From NCBI GenBank assembly GCA_026770705.1, contig JANJGN010000026.1, positions 31,310,001 through 31,374,000 of the forward strand: a stretch of 64,000 bases of DNA, written 5' to 3'. Source of the DNA: Isurus oxyrinchus (Eukaryota). Below, piece by piece: positions 51,990 through 62,999 of the stretch (position 1 is its first letter; every line of letters begins with the position of its first letter). Below the pieces are notes generated by a model. That model ran no database searches and was not told the DNA's origin. It saw nothing but the letters and a program-made list of their open reading frames with translations. The position numbers were made by a program, and so were the translations under genes.

Positions 51990-52400
51990 TCCACCAACAG
52001 AAACAGTTTATTTTGATCGACTCAGCCCAGACCTACATGATTTTGAACATCTCTATCAGATCTGCCCTGCACCTTCCATTCTCCATGGAGAACAAGCCCA
52101 GTTTCCCCAATCTATCTAATTAACTGAAGTTCTGCATCCCTGAACGGATTCTGGTCAACTTCCCTGCGCCCTTTCTAAACCCTTCACATCCCTCCTAAAG
52201 TGCGATGCCCGTAAGTGGACACAATGCTCCAGTTGAGGGGGAACCAGTGCTTTCCAGGGGGTCAGTAGCACTTCCTCGCTTTTGGCCTCTATGCCACTGT
52301 TATGAAACCAATGATACCAGACGTTTAAGCACAACTTTCTCAGGCTATCAGGCCACCTTCAACCATTTATGCCCAAATAGTGCACATCGTTTGTTGAAGA
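51990..52400 (-). mobile_element. old CR1 fragment
   Basis: CR1 ORF2 C-terminal remnants on the minus strand. Confidence 0.55.
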
Positions 52401-52700
52401 ATGGATAATTGAATGAATTATTTTAGCAGCAGCATTGTAGGTGGCTCGAAGTATAAAAATATTTGAGGCTCTGAGGAGCCAGAAGGAATGTGCGAACTTG
52501 ATGGGTTTAACGGCTTTATCCTGTGCTACAAAATTATAAAGTCAATTGTAAATACATTCTGGAGATTAGGTGATTGCGCATTCACCCCACCTCCCCGCAC
52601 CCCCCCCCCCCCCACCCCTCCCCCCCCCCCTTCCCCGTGCATGTGTTTGTCTGCCTGTGAGCGTTTGAGAATTCTCCTTTCAAATTAATCCTGAAAATGG

Positions 52701-53114
52701 ATAAGAATTTGAACTCTTTCCATGCCTTGTATCACTGTGTGTCTGTAATCCCACCATGTTCAGGTTTTTGTACAGCTCTCTCCGTGTTCTGTATCACTGT
52801 GTGTCTAATCCCCACCAGAGAACCATAAAAGCCATAGAACCATAAAAAAGTTACAGTAGAGAAGGAGGTCATTCAGCCCATCTTGTCCATGCCAGCCCGA
52901 GACATCCAGGTGCCATTTCTAATCCCGCCTTCCTGCACCTGGCCATGTTCGGGCTTTTGTACAGCTCTTTACGTGTTCTGTATCACTGTGTGTCTGTGAT
53001 CCCACAATGTTCAGGTTTTTGTGCAACTCTCTCCCTGCTCTGATTAACTGTGTGTCTTTAATCCCACCATGTTCAGGTTTTTGTATAGCTCTGTCCGTGC
53101 TCTGTATCACTGTG
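52701..53114 (-). repeat. tandem 23-RSS array, 62-bp unit, five heptamers / four complete RSSs
   Basis: Heptamers at 53108, 53046 (CACAGTT), 52984, 52795 and 52733; the first four have exact 23-bp spacers and ACAAAAACC/ACAAAAGCC nonamers. Confidence 0.93.
52818..52942 (-). mobile_element. CR1 3'-tail insertion inside the RSS array
   Basis: GATGGGCTGAATGACCTCCTTCT...TTCTATGG-type terminus, flanked by CCA on both sides. Confidence 0.8.
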
Positions 53115-53420
53115 CTTTGCGCCGACTCAATGCACAATAATACACAGCGGAGTCGCTCAGTTGTGGTTTGGAAATCTTTAACCGGCTGATTTTCTCCGCA
53201 GCATCGATAGAAGCAGAAATTCTCCGCTCACCAGCGTTTTCTTTATTCTCCTCTCCTGAAGTGTGTCTCTGAAGCAGATATTCCGGAGCCTGTCCTGGGG
53301 ACTGACGGCACCAGTGTGCTGTGTACTGACAGAAACCTGAATACTTACAGCTTAAAGTAACGGTGTCACGGGTAGCAGAGATTCTTACAGGTGGATTCTG
53401 GGATATCTTGGAACTGGAAT
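53115..53420 (-). CDS. leaderless supporting TCR-delta V exon (cassette B), open frame
   Basis: TCTAG acceptor; DSSSKISQNPPVRISATRDTVTLSCKYSGFCQYTAHWCRQSPGQAPEY...QLSDSAVYYCALS; CDR1 Cys. Confidence 0.93.
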
Positions 53421-56200
53421 CTAGAGGATAAAGAAGAAAGAACATTATTTTTTTGTTTAACCGTTGTTTGTCCAGGGGAATATGTCAACTGCGTGAATAG
53501 CTCTGCTTTTTGCAGCAATTTTCTTCGTTTGAAACCTGTGTGAACTGTATTTACTGTTATTAAAATATGATCAATGGAGACGTGAGGTGATATTTTCTTT
53601 TCCATAGCGAATTCTCCGGATCAGGGCCGCACTGTCTGAATTGGAGGTCGGAACGGATGCCATAGGAATTTTAAAACGGATGATGGAAATAAAAATATAG
53701 AGCTATGGAGGAAATTCGCGAGTAATGGGAACAATTGGTTTGCACTTTTAAAGGGGCAACACCTACGCGATGGGCCGAATTTCATCCTTCCGTGCTGGAT
53801 AATTCTATGCATTATATTACATTCCCGTTACTATTTTTCTTGGCGAGTAACAAACCCGAAGGAACATTTTATGATCAGTGAGGCAACCAGCTTCCAAAAA
53901 AAAAAGTTTGTCGGAGAGGAACACGTGTGTAGAATCACTGCGCACTGCAAGATCCAACACAAACTGATGGGCTTCATCAGTACCGATTTAGCCAAACAGA
54001 GCATAAACATCAGTGGTCAAAGATCAATCATTTAGTGCGGTTTCAAACAGCTCTGGAATTTTTTATCTGCCTTTTGCTCTATTTCTCTATGTTCTAGCAA
54101 TAGGGTCCAATTTTCTGCAGTTCAGTTCATTTGAAATAATTACAATAAATTCCATTTTTTTATTTCACATTTACTTTATTTCGCATTTACTTTCTGCTTT
54201 TTGCGGTTCTTCCAATCGTGGGAACTTGTCCCAAAGTCTCTCAGTTGTCGATAGGGTTCAGTCTGTTCAGTTTCCGCAGTGGTTTTACTGTTACTCACTG
54301 GGAACTGCCTCTTCCGGCTCTCTGGCAATTTCAATTCTTTCCGCCCATTAACTGATTCTCTCCCGGGTTCACTGGGCGGAGTTTTCGTTCAATTTCACAT
54401 TATAGAGGATGACGAATTTGGAAAGAGGAATGGAGCATACAACCTGTGTAGATAATCCCTTCCAGCCTGACCACACCCGAAACCTAATTGACCATTTCCC
54501 TCCAGCTCGCTGTATCGGTCTCTGTACCACCCTCCCTCCTGTATTTTCAAGTGTTTCGATAAATACTTCAGTACTTTCTGCTCCAACCGCTCCCTGTGGC
54601 AACAAATTCCACATGCTGATGTTTTTTTAATTATATTTATTTGTCTTAATGTTTTTATTTGTTCTTTAACGACTGTCATATGTTGATGACCTATTGCTCT
54701 GGACTCAGCTACAAATAAACAATTTCTCCACATTAAAGCCATTCGTTACTTTTTTAAAAAGTCTATGAAATCTTCATGGAAGCTCGTGGTTCTCCACTTC
54801 CGAGAAGAAAGGAGACTCAGCCTGTTCAGCCTTCCCGGAGACATGTGGATTGCTGCTGATTTCCTTTCTCGGTAGTGTAAGAAATCAAAGCAGAGAATCA
54901 AATCAATAGAAGCAGGAGCCGCCATATCACATTTGAAAGCTGATCCGCCATTCAGTAACATCTTGGTTGATTTACAACCTCAATATCACATTCCCACACT
55001 CTCCCCATATCCCCTGATTCTTCTAGCGTCCAAACATCTATCGAATATTGCCTTGCTTGCACACATATAGTGAAGATCCACAGCTCTCTGAGCTGTAGAA
55101 TGTCAGATTTACTATAGTTCTACTGAATCATTTCTTTCCTTCTCAGTTCTAATGGATGACTCTTTATTCTGAAACTCCGACCCAAGTTATATACTCCTCA
55201 GTCTGGGGAAACTCCGACTCAGAATCTGCCCTGTCATGATCACCAATGATTCTTAAATGCTCTAGGAAATATAGAGCTCCACTGCTCTATGGCCATCTCA
55301 GGAATCAGTCTAATGAACTTTTGCTGCACTCCTTCCAAAGCAAGTTGATCTCTCTTCTGCAAGAAGACCGAAACTTTACACAGGATTCCGGACTGTAGTC
55401 CGTTTCAGTCCTTCCCTCCCTAAACCTCACACACCAGGGGGTCAGATTGAACCCAATCCTTCTCTCCCTTTCGATTAATTATTTCTGCTGATACTAAATG
55501 AACGTTCCCCCAGTTTCTAAATGTTTCCTTCTGTCCCTGTTCTCCTTTATAAGATTAATGCATCACCCTCAGTCTCTCACTGCACTGTGTTGTTTTAATT
55601 CACAGTAATCAGGATACAGATAAATTGCTATCTCTCAAACATTCACATTCAATATAGAGAAGTGTCTGCAGTTCCAAACTTCAACATTTCAGTCTGCGGG
55701 CGGAAAAGGAGGAAAGTGATTGGTTCTATAAAGGCAATTGAAAGAAATGGCGGGGTGAATGTTACTAATTTCAGTCGCTGATTGTCCAATAATAAAATTC
55801 CATTTGGGCCCAGATCAGGATCTCTTATATCTGAAGTCCCTTGTGTCACTTTCCCGTTTATTCCCCCGGGTCAGCTATTGAACTAGCCGCAATTGTGTTG
55901 AGTTTATTCACCCGGTACCTCATTCACATTGCGCGGCTCAGACTGCCGGGATCTAAAGGACAGATAGAGCTCCCTCGTCACAGTTAACACCGGGAGTGGA
56001 GTCCCGAGTGCCGACAATCAACGATTCAGAGTGTGAGAGTCCCTGATGTTGATATTGTCCCAGATGTGCCCGTTAAAACAATAATGGTCCAAATTCCGTT
56101 AACTCCCACATCCCACCCAAACTCCATTGATCACAATAATAAACTGACGGTGAACATTACCGGGGACAGTCAGTAACCGGCGGGGTTTGGAGTCACTTAC

Positions 56201-56287
56201 CTGTGACAGTCACCACCGTCCCGGACCCATCCACATATTTATAATCCACACAATGACACCGCTTTCAGTCTCCCCGGTACAACAACC
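56201..56287 (-). other. NAR-TCR J segment with 23-RSS (cassette B)
   Basis: GGTTGTTGT-23-CATTGTG; J 56248-56201 = DYKYVDGSGTVVTVT; donor GTAAGT. Confidence 0.92.
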
Positions 56288-56598
56288 ACCGACACCTCAA
56301 CCTGCCGAGAAATTATCAGTCAGTAGAAACTGCCAAATTATTCAGTGGATTTAAATAAATAAACAACATTCAACATTTCAAAGTCTCTGTCGGTTCAAAC
56401 TGTTCTTTGTGAGGCTCTGATCTCTCAGTAAATGGTCTCCAGTACGAGATGTTCCCTTCATATAAACCGAGAAAAATTTCAAAGAAAGATAACTGAATAG
56501 TGGAAATTAAAATGAAATGGAACCAGATTACAGCGATAATGACATCAACCGACAATTCACTATCCGGACCCGCAGAATTTATTTTGTGATCGTAGAGA

Positions 56599-56665
56599 GG
56601 TATATGTTCAGGTATCTCCCACTGTGGCTGTCCCATCCACACTGTTATAATTCAGTATAAAATCC
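56599..56665 (-). other. NAR-TCR D segment GATGGGACAGC (56637-56627) with 12/12 RSSs
   Basis: GGATTTTAT-12-CAGTGTG [D] CACAGTG-12-ACATATACC. Confidence 0.88.
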
Positions 56666-56992
56666 CCCGGATACTTAGGGAGATTTGGGGACATTAGTTA
56701 AACAGTGGGGACTACGGTTCCCGGTTCCAGCTGTTAGAACAAGGTCACATCTGGTGTTAGGGGTTTGTAACTGGGATCAGTCATTCCCAATCCCCATTCA
56801 CTGACACCAATCCCGGGAAAGACATCATCATCCGCACACATTCGGCATTTATAAAACTCAAGATGTTAACGGCAATAACCCAATCTCATTGTAAACCAGA
56901 CTGTGGGGCAGACGGTGTGAGGCGGAACTGTGGGGGTTTAACTGCAGATTAACTCCGCTTTTTCATTTGTTGCTGTGATAATCGGCAGTGAG

Positions 56993-57543
56993 AGATTTTG
57001 TATCGCGGGAAGCCGAGACCCATCACTGTGTGTGTTGTACCAGTACTGAGCTTTACAGTAATAGGCGGCGGTGTCTTCAACCCTCACATTCCGAATTTTC
57101 AGCGAAAATGTCCTTTCTGCTTCATTCACCGACACAACAAATCTCCCCACGACCCCCCCCCCCCCCCCCCCCCCCCCAACCTGGAGATCTGCTTCCGCTC
57201 TGTCCCGGTGTGGGTTTGTTTGAGGAAATATCCATCATGAAAATAATAACCCGAATTATGACCATAACAAACACAGGTGATGGTGAGAGACTGACACTCC
57301 TTCCTGGTTACCGCTGCCGGAGACTGTACCACTGACTGACTGAAAGAGCCTGGAAATTAAACAGAGAAAGTTTAATGGACAATCAGAGCCGAACCGCAGG
57401 ACGGGGTTAAAACCCCGGACAGTGTTTGTAATTGGGATGGACTCGGGCAGCTTTATATGAAATCCACACAATGTCGGTTCGTTTGATCGGTACTCACGGG
57501 GGAAACAGAAACACAGGGTGAAAACAAGGAGGATTCCCCTCAT
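56993..57543 (-). pseudogene. NAR-TCR V with leader and 22-bp-spacer RSS (cassette B); frameshifted as assembled by a G25 run
   Basis: Leader 57543-57498 MRGILLVFTLCFCFP|GTGAGT; V 57349-57031 SVVQSPAAVTRKECQSLTITCVC...[G25]...GRFVVSVNEAERTFSLKIRNVRVEDTAAYYCKA; CACAGTG-22-ACAAAATCT. Confidence 0.85.
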
Positions 57544-59049
57544 TCTGCTGCCTGGAGTTGAGGATTTGTATGACGGGGAGTTGGAGACCGCAGCCCCAGA
57601 CTGCACTGGGAGACTGGCCCTCAGAGCTGCACTGAAATACTTTCGCGGGGCCGAGTTGATTTGCACAGGGCAGTGTCGCTGAGATCAATGATGGGCCGCA
57701 AGGTTCCCGGGTCGCCGGCTAAGCGTTGTGTGAATAAGAGACAGGTTCTAAAAGGAGGCTGCAATGTTCTGCCTCTTCATTTGAATTGTGATCCGGATGT
57801 GAAAGCCCCTCCCACAATACTCTGGTGTACAGGGGTGGGGGAGGGGAGCTTTTCTTTCTGCCAGTTGTGCTGCCGCCTTCCTTTCCCCGTAGTGATGAAC
57901 TGGGAGGTCGGTGCATGTGTTTGTATTGGGTGGTGTTTGTTAAAGGTGGAATGTGGGCCCAGGATACCGACAGAACACAGTGGCCAGCCCCCCCTCCCCC
58001 CCACCCCCTCCCCTATTCCAATATTCCGGACATTGTTTAACCTCGTCCTGAACGAGCTGGCGGGACCTCATTTAGATTGCTGACCTGAAGGTTGGCGCCT
58101 CAGACCCGGCATCTTCCCTGGCCCAGCGGCTGGGGGTAAGGTTACAATATGAGGGAGTCCAGTGACATTGCCAATATCCTGGCAGATGTACACAACATAG
58201 ACAAAGACTAAATAGCAGCTGGTCAGCTCAGTTGGCTAGGTGGCTAGTATCTAGTTCGGAATAATGCCAATAGCACGGGTTCTGTTCGCGTTCTGCTTGA
58301 GGCTGACGTGAGTCCTATCTGTCCCTGCTGGTACAAGGCAATGATAAAGCACCACAAAGGAAGCTACAAAGAAAACAGCTCAATAGAAGCAATTGCAGAA
58401 AATGAGCTAAGGACCTGCCCAGGCGCAGAGCACACGTGAATGAATGATAAGAACAAACTCTCCCTGCCATTTAACTACATGCTTCCCTGCACCAACCCTG
58501 CTGTGCGTTGCGTGTAAAAAGATGTTTCATTTCAGCCTTTTTTGAGTTCCAGATTGGGGATATTCAGAATTTCCGTTTGCAGGGACACAGAATGAAACGG
58601 CACTCGGGAGGACAATAGACATTGGGGGACTGTGAGCTTGGGCCTCTGTTTAAAGTTCAAAGTCACCACCTGCTGTTCTGAAACCTGTTTATGTTGTATA
58701 ATTATCTCATCTCCAGCAACAGCAACACTCGATCAAATAAACCCCGTGACAAGGCCGAAGCCTGCGGCTTCATAAAACTGACATGACAGTTAGGGAAATG
58801 TTGCTCAACATTGCGGGCAGGAACGGAAAGGCCATTGAAGGACGAAAGGGAAATTAAGAACAACAAGAAGTCACACAAACATGGCCGACATTACGTCACA
58901 CAAACATGGCCAATGACTTGACCTGCAGTGGATAAAGACATCATTTTTTCTGCACGTCCGGCCAATTCCTGTCAGCTTTTTTTTTAATGTACTAAAGATT
59001 TTGCTATGAGATTAATAATTAGTGTAAATCATTGTTTAGACAACCATAC

Positions 59050-59990
59050 AAATGCGCAGTGCAAGTTAACGAATTTAATATAAATAGGGATAAGGTCTAG
59101 AATAGTATTAGCAAAGACATGGCCTGTGTAATATTAAGAGAGACAGCGTCCATTTCAGTATTAATTGAAACAAGGCCAGGAGTAAAACAACAATAAATGG
59201 GGTCTAGTGTAATGTAAACAGGAGCTTGGTTTAGAAGGGTGAATAGCACCTACTGAAATATAAACAGGATCAAGGCTAATGTGAAAATTATTGAGACAGG
59301 TCTCCTGATAATATGAACAAAGGCTTGACCTAATGTAGTGTACTCAGCGGCATAGATTTTTGTCGTATAATGTGAGTACTGCCTTTTGCTATATCAGCAA
59401 AGAAGCGGCCTAGCATAATGTAAATTCAATCATGTTCTAATGCAATATTTCACAGCGATAGTCCAGTGTAATATAAACCGAGACAGAGTCTCAAGCAGTA
59501 GTAATTGAAGCAAGGCCTAGAGTAACACAAGCAGAGACATGTCTAATGCCGCATAACCGAGACACGGGCTATTGTAATATAAAGAGTGACATTGTCTAGT
59601 GTAATGCTGAGACAGGGTGTTGCCTAACACTAACGGAAATGATCTATTGCAGTTATAAATGAGATATGGCCTTGGGTAACATAGACAGAGGTGCATCCTA
59701 TTGCAAGTAAATGAAAAAAGGGACGAATGCAAATAAAGTGAGATGTGGTCGAGTGTAGTTCGACTGAAGCAGTATCTAACGTAATATAAACATAAGAAGT
59801 AAAATGCTGTCGTCAGTAATAACATAAAAAGAGCCTGGTGTAATATAAGTGGAGGCATATCTAATGCGATAATAGCTAAGACATCATTTAGTGTAACAGT
59901 CCAGTGCGATAATAAATGAGGCGAGCACTAGTTTAATACAAACACAGGGGTTGTACAGTGCACTAATAAATGAGTATTACTTAATTCTTG
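59050..59990. repeat. decayed ~30-bp satellite
   Basis: GTC[C/T]AGTGTAATATAAAC.GAGACA-like words. Confidence 0.7.
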
Positions 59991-60674
59991 AATAATTGTG
60001 TACAACCAGGCACTGAGCTCATGCATTGAGATGGCCGTCATTCAACTGTACATTAAGTTGCTCAAATACCTACACCACGAGTTTGTTTTATTTTAACTTG
60101 CTGTTTATTTCTGTTAGCTGTGTGTTAATTTTTGCCTTTGTTTTCCATTGTTACTTCCAGCTTCACCCCCATTTTCCTTATTAAAACCTCAGGTTTCACC
60201 AATTTTTATGTTTCCTGGCGTCACTGAGGATTCTACAGATTGTGTGCATCCCAGAACTTCAGTGTTAGTCTCTCTTGTCCATTTGTATAACACAGAGCGG
60301 TGATGATCCCTTTCCCGCCGTTCACTGCACCAAAGTGTCATATGGGAGAATAGCCGTTAACAACTGTCTATTTTCTGTACCTTTATATTTATAAGTAAAT
60401 ATCCCCATCAATGTCCTTCTGCAGTTCTCTTTTTGTATCACTAGCTGCCCCCAGCCTCAGCATCATACATCTCGCTCTGTTGAGGTGCCTCTCTACCACT
60501 CAATGTAATCAATCTCACCTTCACCTATGCCCCTCTGTCAGTGTTTCTCTATATACGCACCGTACTGAGCCTCATTTTATCAAACACCCTCTGCATTACC
60601 CATCGTTCTTAGTCACAAGTTTATATTCCGCATGGTCTCAAAGCATACTGACAGAAACAGAGATAACCTATAGA

Positions 60675-61050
60675 CGAAACAAAAACAGAATTACCTGGAA
60701 AAACTCAGCAGGTCTGGCAGCATCGGCGGAGAAGAAAAGAGTTGATGTTTCGAGTCCTCATGACCCTTCGACAGAACTTGAGTTCGAGTCCAAGAAAAAG
60801 TTGAAAAATAAGCTGGTTTAAGGTGTGTGTGTGGTGGGCGGAGAGATAGAGAGAGAGAGAGAGAGAGAGGTGGGGGGGGGGGGGTTGGTGGGGTGGGGGT
60901 TGGGGGTGTGGTTGTATGGACAAACAAGCAGTGATAGAAGCAGATCATCAAAAGATGTCAACGACAATGGTACAATGGAACACATAGGTGTTAAAGTTAA
61001 AGTTGGTGATATTATCTAAACGAATGTGCTAATTAAGAATGGATGGTAGG
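60675..61050 (-). mobile_element. Penelope-like element 3' end
   Basis: Reverse complement nearly identical to 26240-26585. Confidence 0.78.
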
Positions 61051-61640
61051 CCTTATCTCTGTTCTTTTCCATGGTAATGCTAAATCTAACTGAATTGTGA
61101 TCACTGTCCTCGATATGGTCGTCAACTGTCACTTCACCCACTTGCCCTTTTTCGTTCCCCAAGACTAGGTCTAGAATTGCAACTCCTCTCGTTGGTTTTG
61201 TCACTAATAGGTTGAAAAAAATTTCCTGGACACAGTGCATGAATTTTTCTCCCTCAGTGCCTCTTATTTTGTTTGAATCCCAGTTGATATTAGGATAGTT
61301 ATTGCCCTCTTGTTCTTACAAGCAGAAATGTGCTTACATATTTGTTCTTCTATCTCCTTTTTACTATTTGGAGCTCTGTAGTATACTCACAGTAGTGTGG
61401 CTGCCCTTTTTTATTTCTAAGCTCAATCCATAAAGCCTCGTTTGTTGACCCATTTAGTATATTATCCCTTCTCACAACTGGAATTGATTCTTTAACCATT
61501 AGTGCTACCTCACCCCCCTCCTTTTTTTTCATCTCCTACTCTATCGTGTCTGAAGACTGTATAGCCAGGGATATTAAGCTCCCAGTTTTGACCCTCCTTT
61601 AGCCTGGTCTCCGTTATAGCAATGACATCCTGCTGCCATC
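61050..61640 (-). mobile_element. CR1 endonuclease-domain fragment
   Basis: GG.VAL.VKE, EALWIELRNKKG, PTRG.AILDLVLGNE, SDHNSVRF. Confidence 0.85.
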
Positions 61641-61644
61641 ATGG

Positions 61645-62890
61645 ACCGGCAAAGGGTAAATCATCTTTAACTAACTTGCTTGAGTTTTCTCATGACGTAA
61701 CAGAGATGGGTGATGAGGTTAATGGTCTCACAAAAGGCATTTGATGAAATTCCGCACAACAGACTTATGAACAAAGTTGGAGCTCACTGGAATAAAATGG
61801 ACGGTAACATCATGGATAGGGAATTGGCTGAGTGCCAGAAAACGAAGAGAGGTTTTGAATGGCTGTTTATCAGATTGCGGAAAGGATTATAATGAAGTTC
61901 CCCAAGGAGCAATGCTACGATGCCTGCTTTTCATAACATTTATTAATAAAGTGGGCGCTGGTGTATAGGGCACAATTTCAAAATATGCGGAAGATGCGAA
62001 ATGTGGAAGCATTGTGAGCCATGAGGAGGATAGTGCAGAACTTCAAAACGACATGGAGAGGGTGGTGCAAAGGCGGTCAAGTGACAGATGAAATTTATCG
62101 CAGAGCATATGCGAAGTTGTTCATTTTGGTAGCAAGAACGCAAAGTGACAATATAAAAGAAAGGGTAAGATTCCAAAGAGGCTGCAGGAGCAGAGAGAAC
62201 TGAATGTTTATGGGTCTAAATTATTGAAGGTGGAAAGGCAAGTTGAGAGAGAGGTTAATAAAGCATGCAGCGTCCTGGGCTTTATCAACAGGAGAAAAGA
62301 GTATAAAAGTAAGGAGGTTATGTTAAACTGTGACACACTGGTTAGTACTCAATTGAAGAATTGCATCAAATTCCGGGCACCACACTTTTGGAAGAATTTG
62401 AAGGAATGAGAGAGGGCACAGGAAAGATTCATGGGAATTCTTCCAGAGATGAGGAACTCCAGTTATGTGTAAAGTGTGGAGAAGTTGGCTTTAATCTCCT
62501 TGGAGAAGAGGAGGTTGAAAGGAGATTTTATCGAGGTAATCATGAGGGGTCTGGACAGAGTAGATAGGGAGAAATTGTTCCCATTGGTGGAAGGCTCGAG
62601 AACAATTGGGGGGCACAGGTTTAAAGCAACCTGGAGAAGAAGCAATAGAGGCAAGAGGAAAACGTCTGCACGCATTGAGTGGTTAGGGTTTGGAATGCAC
62701 TGCCTGTAAGTGTGGTGGATTGAGGGGTAATTGATGCTTTCAAAAGGAAATTGGATCATTATATGAAAAGGGAACAAAACGCTGGAGCACGGCGAAAACA
62801 GCGGCACTAGGTCAAAGGCTCCTTCAGATGTTCAGCACGGACACGATTGGCCGAATGGCATCCTTCTGTGCTGTAAGAATTCTATGATTC
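61645..62890 (+). mobile_element. CR1 RT to 3' end, degenerate
   Basis: QKAFD.IPH.RL, VPQG, LEKRRL.GD.IEV; TTCTATGATTCTA terminus. Confidence 0.85.
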
Positions 62891-62939
62891 TACCATTAAT
62901 ATCAAAAGCAGTAACTGAAATCGACATTTTCACAGTATC

Positions 62940-62972
62940 TGCAATAGCGGAGCTGGCCGGTAGGTGGCAGTG
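62940..62972 (+). promoter_or_regulatory. CTCF-like site with upstream motif
   Basis: TGCAATAG...TGGCCGGTAGGTGGCAGTG. Confidence 0.55.
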
Positions 62973-62999
62973 AAACAGTGAATACTGACATTATATCAA

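Noticed and set aside
52701-53114. RSS array as a CRISPR-like array or as a D-segment cluster
   Set aside because: Eukaryotic context; spacers are homologous to one another; all RSSs face the same way, with no inverted 5' RSS to define D segments
57659-57666. Ig octamer in the NAR V promoter (GTGCAAAT)
   Set aside because: One mismatch to ATGCAAAT and not conserved in cassette A (TTGTAAAT)
61050-62890. Single CR1 with a twin-primed 5' inversion
   Set aside because: The two pieces look differently aged and no shared target-site duplication was seen; independent insertions are simpler
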